A DNA stretch of 64,000 bases from the IMG/VR virus record IMGVR_UViG_3300049460_000312, positions 62,001 through 126,000 of that record; one strand, 5' to 3'. Within the stretch, counting starts at the first letter, position 1. Each line of letters starts with the position of its first letter. Of this stretch, positions 56,384 through 64,000 are shown piece after piece. A model generated the notes under the pieces. The model was not told where the DNA came from and searched no databases. It saw only the letters and a list, made by a program, of their open reading frames with translations. Made by a program: the position numbers and the translations under genes.

Positions 56384-56623
56384 TCACCAAACACTGCGAT
56401 AAACCCGGTGAATATAACGATGGAAGACAGATCGTGCGTGAGCCTGCCAGTCACTGCGGTAACCCCACCAGCTGTCAGTGTAAAGCGCGCGCAGCAGGCA
56501 CTCGTATTCAACCGAATCGATCCGGGAGTGATGCTCTTCCCCCGTCTCATCGATAATCGTCACCATCGACGGCTCAAACACGATATGCATCTCGTTCTCC
56601 TTAATGCTCTTCGACGGATTCAT
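56384..56623 (-). CDS. Small hypothetical protein
   Basis: 79-aa ORF at the end of an operon. Confidence 0.5.
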   Translation of the reverse strand: MNPSKSIKENEMHIVFEPSMVTIIDETGEEHHSRIDSVEYECLLRALYTDSWWGYRSDWQAHARSVFHRYIHRVYRSVW

Positions 56624-57173
56624 CCGTCATTAGCCAGGGTGAGAGTTTGCCGAGATAAGCATTCTCTTCGATCTTGAAGATGACGTAGCCTTCTTCCGAA
56701 GCCACCGTGATATTCACCACCCGTTCTTTGCCGTACATGGTGCGCAGATGCTGCACGTTAATATACGCCTTATGCGGGCCGCCTGACGGACCTCCTGCCA
56801 CCCGCGCATTGGGCGTAGCCATCACCAGCGCCTTCTCGGTACGCACCGAGCAATACTGGGTGAGCAACTGCAGCAGCGTTTTGGTGCCTTCGCAATACAG
56901 CACGTTTTCGTCGTGCGTGCTGAACTGGGCCTCACTCAGGCTTTTGGCCGTCTCAGCAAGCTCGTCCCAGGTGCTCTTGCGCTTGAGCACCATCACGTGG
57001 CCGTGGATGCTGTAAAAAGAACGCGCACTGAGATCGCCTGAATGCGTCTCGGTCATGCGGTTGAACGGTTTAAGCTGCTTGATCAGATCGGTAACGATCT
57101 CATTAGCCTGGTCATCCAGTGCTGTCGTAAGAGGAAGAAGCGCCCCGTTCAGGCGCAGTTGGATTGGACTCAT
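56601..57173 (-). CDS. Hypothetical protein
   Basis: 190-aa ORF with an ATGA overlap. Confidence 0.65.
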   Translation of the reverse strand: MSPIQLRLNGALLPLTTALDDQANEIVTDLIKQLKPFNRMTETHSGDLSARSFYSIHGHVMVLKRKSTWDELAETAKSLSEAQFSTHDENVLYCEGTKTLLQLLTQYCSVRTEKALVMATPNARVAGGPSGGPHKAYINVQHLRTMYGKERVVNITVASEEGYVIFKIEENAYLGKLSPWLMTDESVEEH

Positions 57174-57709
57174 TTTTCAGTTTTAACAGAGAAATAGCTA
57201 GTGATAACACAATGCGGCGCTCCTTCCGGTCCAAATTCGTGAACAACAGCCATCGAGTGCGTAGTGGTTCCTTCGCAGGTGTGTGGCATGTAGTAGTACG
57301 CGATCTTGTCGGCTTTGATACCGCTCAGCGTGGAAAGCAGATCCAGCAACGTATGCTCGCCCGCTTCATCAAATGCGGCGTCCCGAACGCTCGGGAGAAT
57401 CTCCTTCAAGATAGTCTCCTTGTCCCGGCAGCAGTGCGCGTGAACCAACCGAGCACAGGGGCGGTCATCTTTGGGTTTCTGGGCATACGCTACCATCCGG
57501 CACGAGACGATCGTTTCGCGCTTGGCTTTGCCCACAAAGACTTTCTTCGGTTTGAATCGCACAATCGGAAGCTGCAACGGTGCTTTGTCGTCCGGCGCTT
57601 CCGGCTTATCCTGCTCGTAGGACTTGAAAACCTCCTTGAGGGTGACTGCGATAGCGGTGAAAGCTTTGTTGGCCTCCTTGGGGAAGTCCTTACCGATTTT
57701 GATGTGCAT
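57170..57709 (-). CDS. Hypothetical protein
   Basis: About 180-aa ORF; start uncertain (57709 or 57733). Confidence 0.6.
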   Translation of the reverse strand: MHIKIGKDFPKEANKAFTAIAVTLKEVFKSYEQDKPEAPDDKAPLQLPIVRFKPKKVFVGKAKRETIVSCRMVAYAQKPKDDRPCARLVHAHCCRDKETILKEILPSVRDAAFDEAGEHTLLDLLSTLSGIKADKIAYYYMPHTCEGTTTHSMAVVHEFGPEGAPHCVITSYFSVKTEK

Positions 57710-57796
57710 GATTGTGGCGAGGTGGCGTGACAAAATAAAAGACAGGCAGGCCAGTGCCGGGAAACCCCTTGACGGGTCTCCCGGTCTGGTCAGTTG

Positions 57797-58345
57797 TTAT
57801 TTGAACAGCGAGTGGATGCCGCTGCGCGTATGGGGTTTCACCAGGTCGACGTCATCGATGGTGATCTCCCAGCACAGCTGGTCTTCCACTTCGACGTCTT
57901 TCAGCTTCACATAGATGCTGAACACGTCGGTCATGCTATTGCGGTTGCGATAGACACCAGCGAACACGTCGAGCGAGTCTGCGTACTTGGCAATCACCGC
58001 GAGAATCGGGCGTAGGTAGTCTCGGGTCGTGACCACCGTATCACCACGGGCCCACGCCTTACCCTGCACGAAACTGTCGCGCAACATCGCGTCAAGACGA
58101 ATCGGTTGTACGTGGTGCAGCCGGTGCTTGTTCTTCAGGATCTTCCCTTCCAGGATTTCCGAGAGGGGGATGAAGTCCAGATTGTAATTCAGATAACCGC
58201 TCCGGGCGAAAAGAGCAGTGTGCTTACTGTCCGCAAAGCCTTGTTCAAAACGGAAGTGCTCGCCAAACTGATTCGCAGCAGCGTAGGCGGCGTGGTTCGC
58301 TTCCTTGGTGATGGCTTTGATTGCGGCGCGGGAGATAGTCTTCAT
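57797..58345 (-). CDS. Hypothetical (probably early) protein
   Basis: 182-aa ORF with a CATATGAC promoter-like motif at 58403-58410. Confidence 0.65.
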   Translation of the reverse strand: MKTISRAAIKAITKEANHAAYAAANQFGEHFRFEQGFADSKHTALFARSGYLNYNLDFIPLSEILEGKILKNKHRLHHVQPIRLDAMLRDSFVQGKAWARGDTVVTTRDYLRPILAVIAKYADSLDVFAGVYRNRNSMTDVFSIYVKLKDVEVEDQLCWEITIDDVDLVKPHTRSGIHSLFK

Positions 58346-58625
58346 AACGGGCTGATTTAGAGTTAGTGTACAGTGAGTCCATGGCTAGCATAGCTCAGAA
58401 CAGTCATATGCGTTTGAAACGAATTTCACTTCACTACGACAAGGGGTACAGCTGACTGACTCTCAGATCAATTACGCGAAGTGATAAAAAATGTCCCTAG
58501 CGGCAAAAAAAAAAAGAACTTCGACACCGGCGCGGTCAGGCGCCGTGTGTCGAAAGCCGTTATGTGCGCTTGATCAACTTCCTAGCAAATCACTCTTGTT
58601 GGCTGTTAGGGCGTCAGGATGTGAC

Positions 58626-59135
58626 TCACTCCTCCGTGAACGTCAGGATGCAGTTCAACTTGACGCCGTTGAACTCATCCACCACGGTGATGGCGCGCGT
58701 GCCGTCCAGGCCCGAGTAGTGGTAGTACCGGGTGTAGGGCGGCAGGGTCGCTGCGAAGTTGGCGATAGCGCGAAGCCGCCACGAGATCAACGGGCTTGCT
58801 TCGTTATTCGCCAACTGCTGCAGCTGAAGAATTTGTATTTCGTTCAGCGGATTGGAATCGGCTGCAAACCACGGGTAATCTAGACTACCCACCGAAACGT
58901 CCAGCACCGATTGACCTCGGTAGATGAACTTCTCGTGGATGCCTTCCCCGTTGTAGGAGTCGACTGCGTTATTGAACACACGGTAGAAAATCTCAGGGCT
59001 GTTCGTGTCGATCAGACCCATAGCCATGTCACGGTATCGCGTGTACATGGTGAACGAGGTTTCCGGGTTCACGCGTTGCGAGAACTGTGCGTTCGGAAAG
59101 AAGTTAAATGCGTTTGGAGCTGTAGCGGTCAACAT
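58626..59135 (-). CDS. Hypothetical protein
   Basis: Start MLTATAP with a GAGGA RBS. Confidence 0.7.
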   Translation of the reverse strand: MLTATAPNAFNFFPNAQFSQRVNPETSFTMYTRYRDMAMGLIDTNSPEIFYRVFNNAVDSYNGEGIHEKFIYRGQSVLDVSVGSLDYPWFAADSNPLNEIQILQLQQLANNEASPLISWRLRAIANFAATLPPYTRYYHYSGLDGTRAITVVDEFNGVKLNCILTFTEE

Positions 59136-59139
59136 GGTA

Positions 59140-59680
59140 TTCCTCACCTGTGGTCGGTATAGTCAAGCGGATAAGGCTTTAATGCCTCTTATAACTGGTC
59201 ACGATCTGGCCATTGCCGTAACCTTGGGTCCTGACTTACTTGGCACTTCAAAGAACACGAATTTCCCGTACTCTGCAATGAAAGTGTGTTGTCTCAACAC
59301 GGCGCTGTTGTCTGGGTGGGCTAGTAGCACCCGTAGGTCTCGTACCAGGCAACAAGGCATTCATTGTCTTTCACCACTTTTATTGTCCAGCTTTATTGCT
59401 GACCTATGGTGTTACAAAGAGCAGTACACTGCGCGTCAGATTCTCTGGACTTCATGACTAGGCGGTCCTCCTAGTCCCAGAGACCGATTCGCATTTGGGA
59501 GAATCGATGGATGGTTTCAAGAGCGGTCTTTATTTGTCGAATTTAGTCATCGTAGCTCATCCTGATGGAGTGTCTACTGCGCTGAGAGTGAAACGTGTTA
59601 GGTGTGCGAGAGGTCGTACTGGTTCGTATAGTCCTTAAACGGTAAAGTGTTAGAAAATTTTGCGCATAAAGCGAGAAAAA
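59140..59680 (-). ncRNA. Candidate long structured leader or ncRNA
   Basis: About 540 nt with no convincing ORF. Hairpins include GACTAGG-N7-CCTAGTC, CGATTC-N10-GAATCG, GTGTTG-AGA-CAACAC and GGGTG-N9-CACCC. Confidence 0.3.
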
Positions 59681-59846
59681 AGTGTGGTATCCAAGAAGAC
59701 ACGCTACAAGGAAGAGCGGAGTTAGTGGATACCACGAAGCCTGTTTGTCTTACCTTCAACATCGCAAAGCCAGCACCTCGCTCATGCTCTGCAATGGATA
59801 CATGGATGTAGTAAAAAATCTCTATTCCTCATGTACCACGAAGTAT

Positions 59847-60551
59847 TTAGACGATGACCCAGTCCAGACGCGTGTAATACGAGAGTACACTCGGCGACAC
59901 TAGGGCCAATGAAATAACAATCCCGGAGGGACCATGTGAGCATGCAAAGGTGTGCACGCGCACCGTATTCTTGACGGCCTTCAGGAAAGCGATGATTTCA
60001 AGCAATACGGGCAGTGCTTCCTGGCCAGATTTCATCTTGGCGCCTGCCCACTTGTGATTTTCGTTTTCCAAAGAGTCTTCCAGATACGTGACAACATTCG
60101 CCACCGGCTGGGTGGGGTTGCTTGCGTCCTCTGCGAAGCACTGCTGAAAGGCCCGACGCTCGTCAGCCGTCGTCGGCTGGATGGTCAGGTTCAAGCCCTG
60201 GTCATCTCCTACGTCACGCAGACTCTCCTGAATGACATAGCGGTTGTTGGCCTTGCGTGTGTAGTGCGTCAGGTGGTATTCAAATACCCCTGGTTCACAC
60301 AACCGCGTAATCTTGGCGCAAGCTCGGTGCAACTGTTTCGTAAGCTCGCCCATGGCCTTGGGATAAAAGCGCCGACCATAGCGTTCTACAAACGCTACGT
60401 CCGAATCTTCCATGACACCACCGTATGGTTTAAACCACAGGTGCAAGGTATCGTTCTCAGTCATGATGTGTTGTTTCCAAAAAGTCGATTTCAATCCGGC
60501 GTATGCAGCCTCATGCATACGAGCGAACAATAAAGTCATAGAACCAGACAA
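59847..60551 (-). CDS. Hypothetical protein
   Basis: ORF of up to 234 aa; start uncertain (60551, 60539 or 60464). Confidence 0.6.
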   Translation of the reverse strand: MSGSMTLLFARMHEAAYAGLKSTFWKQHIMTENDTLHLWFKPYGGVMEDSDVAFVERYGRRFYPKAMGELTKQLHRACAKITRLCEPGVFEYHLTHYTRKANNRYVIQESLRDVGDDQGLNLTIQPTTADERRAFQQCFAEDASNPTQPVANVVTYLEDSLENENHKWAGAKMKSGQEALPVLLEIIAFLKAVKNTVRVHTFACSHGPSGIVISLALVSPSVLSYYTRLDWVIV

Positions 60552-60699
60552 CCCTTATAGTTGTTACAGTCGAAGTCCGAACTACTGGACAGAATAGACT
60601 CCTGCCTCATAAAAGAGCCGTAAATTACGTTGACAGCATAAAGGAGAGGCTAAACCTCTCCCTTTAATATCTTTTTTACCTATTCTATTGATCTTGTGT

Positions 60700-60945
60700 A
60701 TGCTTAGACGCTACTCGTAAGCTTGGTGGGCCTTCGGCCCCACCTGCGCCTATGCTGGGTATGTTGGATCACCTGCGATGATGAGACTATCATCATGCTC
60801 ACAGTCTGACGCATGGGGCGTCAGCCTGGAATAGATAGTCACCTAACACTAAGTTATTTCTCCAACCCTAGCGCAGCTCACTTCTATCCCCTCTACCAGT
60901 GCATTCACTCCTGACCACACTGATCAAAACATAGGGGAAGGAGTG
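60700..60945 (+). ncRNA. Candidate small structured RNA (strand uncertain)
   Basis: Consecutive hairpins GGTGGG...TTCG...CCCACC, GATGAT...ATCATC, CTGACGC-N5-GCGTCAG and CACTCC...GGAGTG; no ORF. Confidence 0.3.
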
Positions 60946-60996
60946 TAAAAAAATGAAAAGCCTAGAACGAATCGTATGTAACCTGAGGATTCGATT

Positions 60997-61692
60997 ATGC
61001 TCGAAGCATTACTACAAATACCCGCCGGTGCTGCCGCTGGAGGTGGCTCTGGCCTCAATGGCAATCCTACCACCCTTATCGCTGGTGATTCAAACGCAGG
61101 CTTCTATGGCGAGACTGATGGCAGCCAACTGATCACTGGCACTGCCCTGGCTAGCGCGATTGGTTTAGGCGCCGGCACCGATATCAATTCAACCGGTGGC
61201 TGGCTCAAGTTCTCCTGGAAGGGAAAGCCGCTGTACATTGCCAAGATGCCGTTCCGCGATAACTGTCCTTGGCAATACATCTACCAGAGCGGCGCTGTCT
61301 ATGGTGACGATACTGTCGGCACTTATCCTAGTGGCTTTAACCGCGTGCAGGACGCACGAGTTACCATCAACGGTGTCGTGCATCGAGTGAGACTGATGCA
61401 CATGGCTCTAACCGCCACCTCGCCACACGGCGTCCGTCCGGTTGCTGGAACCGAAGCCAATGATCTCTGGCTTGCGATCAAGGCCAATGCGGGCGGGCTT
61501 GCTAGCTATACCGATGCCCAGGTCGGACAGCCCACCGGGTCTTACTACTTCTCCGGCATTGAGTCCATGACCGGCACTACGACGATGTGTCTGTTGATGA
61601 ACAACGCTCTTCAGCTGTCGAACGACAACAAGACGCAAGGCAACGTCAACGGCGTTCACTTCCTGTGGCGACCGGTCCTGGAACCGATTTAA
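60997..61692 (+). CDS. Virion/tail-associated paralog-family protein (WRPVLE family)
   Basis: MLEALL start; paralog of 7157..7858 and 13011..13742. Confidence 0.7.
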   Translation: MLEALLQIPAGAAAGGGSGLNGNPTTLIAGDSNAGFYGETDGSQLITGTALASAIGLGAGTDINSTGGWLKFSWKGKPLYIAKMPFRDNCPWQYIYQSGAVYGDDTVGTYPSGFNRVQDARVTINGVVHRVRLMHMALTATSPHGVRPVAGTEANDLWLAIKANAGGLASYTDAQVGQPTGSYYFSGIESMTGTTTMCLLMNNALQLSNDNKTQGNVNGVHFLWRPVLEPI

Positions 61693-61751
61693 GCATTTCC
61701 TTATGAGAGCGCCTGAGCGCTTGCCAAACAACCCCCTAGTGGTGAGTCATC

Positions 61752-62363
61752 ATGAAGAGCTTCATGTCTGCTGCATTGCAGAATACCGAACCAACCAAGA
61801 GCATCAAGCCCGCTGCAGAATGCAGCGACTGCGGTAACACCAAAGCCACGGCCACGGCTGGTGGTCTGGAATCCACCGAACAACAAGCGCCGGCTACTGA
61901 CAAACCTGCAGCCCCGCAACAGGAGAGCGCCGTCGTGGTTATGCAAGGACCGTTGGGCACCGCAATCACGGAAGCCCTGAACAAGTCACTCTCGAAGAAG
62001 AACCTCTCCGAGCCGGTGCAAGTCCCGGGGGTGGCGACCGAGTCGCTCACGACCGAGTATGTGCAAGCGAACGGTCAAATCAACAACCCGACCCAGCTCT
62101 TCGCCAAGATCAGCAAGGCCGTCGGGCTGGTGCCCGCTGTCGACGAGAAGCCTACCGCGATCAACACCATGCTCGACGCTGCAAGCAAAGTGGACGACAT
62201 CGACTTCATCATGGTCGAACACGTGGACGACGCTAACCCGTCGGCATCCGTCGTTCCGCAAAAAAGCACGATGCAGATCATGACCCCGGGTCAGGCCGCA
62301 TGCGAAAGCATCGCGATCGAGTCGGTGCAGATGGTGGTCACGTATCGCCGCCTGAAGGGATAA
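61752..62363 (+). CDS. Putative head-associated protein with multiple x-x-E processing sites
   Basis: GLE, ATE, ACE and AIE motifs in a 203-aa Ala/Thr/Glu-rich protein. Confidence 0.55.
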   Translation: MKSFMSAALQNTEPTKSIKPAAECSDCGNTKATATAGGLESTEQQAPATDKPAAPQQESAVVVMQGPLGTAITEALNKSLSKKNLSEPVQVPGVATESLTTEYVQANGQINNPTQLFAKISKAVGLVPAVDEKPTAINTMLDAASKVDDIDFIMVEHVDDANPSASVVPQKSTMQIMTPGQAACESIAIESVQMVVTYRRLKG

Positions 62364-62489
62364 CCTTGTAAGGCGCTCAGAGCCCCGTCAAGCGTTTCCA
62401 TCTGGATGGGGCAGCATTGCCCTGTCCATATGTCGCTCAGCCGCACACAGGGCCTCTGAAGCCTTCTCACCTTACAAGGACACCGATCC

Positions 62490-63794
62490 ATGTTTGAAAC
62501 CAACACAACGCAAGAAGCGCTTGATCTCGAACTGACGGCCGCTATGGAGTCAGGGCACGAGAGCCTGTACCGGACGGTGCGGGACGTGTTCGATGCCGAA
62601 GCCAAGGATCTGGAATTCGACAAGCGCATGGCCGAAGCGATCCATCGCTACAAGCAAAGCTTTATCAACCGCAACAAGGAACACGCGGCCTTTTTCGGTG
62701 GTAACCTGCTGGGTGCCAACGTGGTGCGCTTCGTGGACTCGGACAAGGACGCCTGGTTCGACAACATCATCCAGGCCGACGAAGAGCTGTTGCGCGAACA
62801 CCTGCATAACCTGCCCGGGATCAATCCTGAGTGGCACGTATCGTCCAACGTGATGAACCTCTCGTGTGCTTACCTGGTGCACAAGTTCTTTCACTCGGCG
62901 CTGCCGGCTGCCCAGAAGATGCAAGCGATGGTGGATGTCTTGCTGGTGCTCCAGTTCAAGTATATCTCTTCGATCCTCTACCGCTTCTTTCCGTATCCGG
63001 CGCCGCGTGAAGTCGCGGAAGCGACCTACGCCGCGCTGAACATGAAATTCATCCTGAAGGAGAAAGGCTCGTGGCTCGGATTGCTGCAACACCGCTGCGA
63101 CGAAATTCTCTCGCGCAACTCACCGCACTACAACGCTATCTCGCGCATGGATTCCGACAAGGAAGTCGTCGACATGCTCAACGCAATTCACGGGGCCCTG
63201 AAGGGTTACGTGAAGAACATGCGGGAAGTGATGGAGCGCATCCGTCTCACGGGCGGCAAGGTGAGCTCAGTGTCCTCAGTAGCTGGTGTGGATGGTGAGG
63301 AGATCCTGAAGGACAAGACGCGTGGTCCGATGGTCTACACCAACTACCTGAAGTCGATCCTCTCGGATAAGAATTCCTTTATCCGGGAAGAGCTGCTGCT
63401 GGTGGTGACCAAGATCATGCCGTCGGCCAACTACCGGCATCTGCGTGCAGCGCTTGAACACGTGTCGGGCAACTACTTCAAGTCCGATCACCAGAAGATC
63501 GAGAAGATTGTCAATTTGGCGATGGTGCACGCGTTTGCCTATCTGTCGGATAACCGTATCAGTCTGCGCTCGAACGTGGACCTCTCGGCGATGTTGATCC
63601 GGCTGAAGGGGGCCTACACTTCGTCGCGCTCTACTGATCCCGATCTGCTGGAGCTGAGGGACCTGGTCGAAGAAGTGATTCGGCCTTCCGTGGACTCCCG
63701 TACCCCGGCGGTGGTCGCTTCGGTGCGCACGGGAGTGCTGTTGTATCTGGTGTCGCGCGCATACACCATGTCGTACTACTCAGGCGGCCGTTAA
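62490..63794 (+). CDS. Conserved-type chimallivirus protein (probably virion structural)
   Basis: 434-aa helical ORF with an AAGGA RBS and strong codon bias. Confidence 0.7.
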   Translation: MFETNTTQEALDLELTAAMESGHESLYRTVRDVFDAEAKDLEFDKRMAEAIHRYKQSFINRNKEHAAFFGGNLLGANVVRFVDSDKDAWFDNIIQADEELLREHLHNLPGINPEWHVSSNVMNLSCAYLVHKFFHSALPAAQKMQAMVDVLLVLQFKYISSILYRFFPYPAPREVAEATYAALNMKFILKEKGSWLGLLQHRCDEILSRNSPHYNAISRMDSDKEVVDMLNAIHGALKGYVKNMREVMERIRLTGGKVSSVSSVAGVDGEEILKDKTRGPMVYTNYLKSILSDKNSFIREELLLVVTKIMPSANYRHLRAALEHVSGNYFKSDHQKIEKIVNLAMVHAFAYLSDNRISLRSNVDLSAMLIRLKGAYTSSRSTDPDLLELRDLVEEVIRPSVDSRTPAVVASVRTGVLLYLVSRAYTMSYYSGGR

Positions 63795-63799
63795 TTACC

Positions 63800-63843
63800 A
63801 GCATAAGCGCCGGAGGGGTCACCCCCTCCGGCCTTTATGTCGC
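63800..63843. terminator. Bidirectional CATA-hairpin-TATG element
   Basis: GCATAAGC-GCCGGAGGGG-TCAC-CCCCTCCGGC-CTTTATGTCGC. Confidence 0.75.
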
Positions 63844-63851
63844 TCTGAAAC

Positions 63852-64000
63852 TTACGAGCCCCAGCGACGCTGGGTTGAACCATACCCGTTCCAGCTGCCT
63901 GCAGCATTGCGGCTGTTCCAGTTATGGCCAGTGTTGCTACCGCCACTGACCCGGTCGGTGCGCTTCTTCTCCTTCGCTTCCTTGATCAGGTTATCCACGT
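63852..64000 (-). CDS. C-terminal end of a gene entering from the window edge
   Basis: Open frame ...VDNLIKEAKEKKRTDRVSGG...RRWGS* converging on the hairpin. Confidence 0.5.
   Translation of the reverse strand, partial: VDNLIKEAKEKKRTDRVSGGSNTGHNWNSRNAAGSWNGYGSTQRRWGS

Noticed and set aside
59005-59903. ORFs 59005..59457 (+) and 59682..59903 (+)
   Set aside because: They have atypical composition, no RBS, and overlap opposite-strand genes or inverted repeats; the region is treated as non-coding.
7157-61692. Diversity-generating retroelement
   Set aside because: No reverse transcriptase is present, and there is no near-identical TR/VR pair with adenine-only differences in the window.
1977-63631. 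Many long antisense or alternative-frame ORFs in the track (for example 4818..6401 -, 26295..28136 +, 39064..41295 +, 9027..10196 +)
   Set aside because: They shadow well-supported genes with strong GC3 bias, lack RBSs and motifs, and show the His/Arg/Val-rich composition typical of antisense frames.
7090-63843. CRISPR array or REP/IS repeats as the explanation of the intergenic palindromes
   Set aside because: The copies are single and dispersed, and their inner stems differ in sequence. There is no repeat-spacer periodicity and no transposase.

Overview
This window is a fragment of a lytic, nucleus-forming jumbo phage genome (phiKZ-like, Chimalliviridae). A betaproteobacterial (Burkholderiales-type) host is inferred from the GC-rich codon usage and a Burkholderia-style adhesin. 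Read from high to low coordinates, it carries the chimallivirus core block in phiKZ-like order: PhuZ tubulin, family-B DNA polymerase, chimallin (ChmA), non-virion RNAP beta' N-terminal subunit, SbcD/Mre11 nuclease, ChmC-like protein, gp68-like RNAP subunit, PicA/Imp1-like importer, gp70-like protein, nvRNAP beta and beta' C-terminal subunits, SF2 helicase, a muramidase endolysin and the gp80-like virion RNAP beta' subunit. The names ChmA, ChmC, PicA and gp68 rest mainly on gene order and size, not on database searches. The most unusual accessory features are: (1) a tRNA-Leu-shaped RNA with a 115-nt anticodon-loop insert, lying between a P-loop-like ORF and a KxDG RNA ligase; (2) a complete trimeric autotransporter adhesin under a promoter resembling the chimallin promoter; (3) a 29-codon piece of the nvRNAP beta subunit duplicated inside the gene upstream of PhuZ; (4) a GNAT / H1-like protein / CX5R phosphatase trio between the RNAP and helicase genes; (5) six dispersed fibre-like genes of three fold types that share an N-terminal M(L/F)ExLL tag; (6) several long, hairpin-rich intergenic tracts. 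Two recurring intergenic motifs (CATATTAC and CATA-hairpin-TATG) resemble phiKZ early and late promoters. No canonical tRNA, CRISPR array, integrase or intron was recognised.
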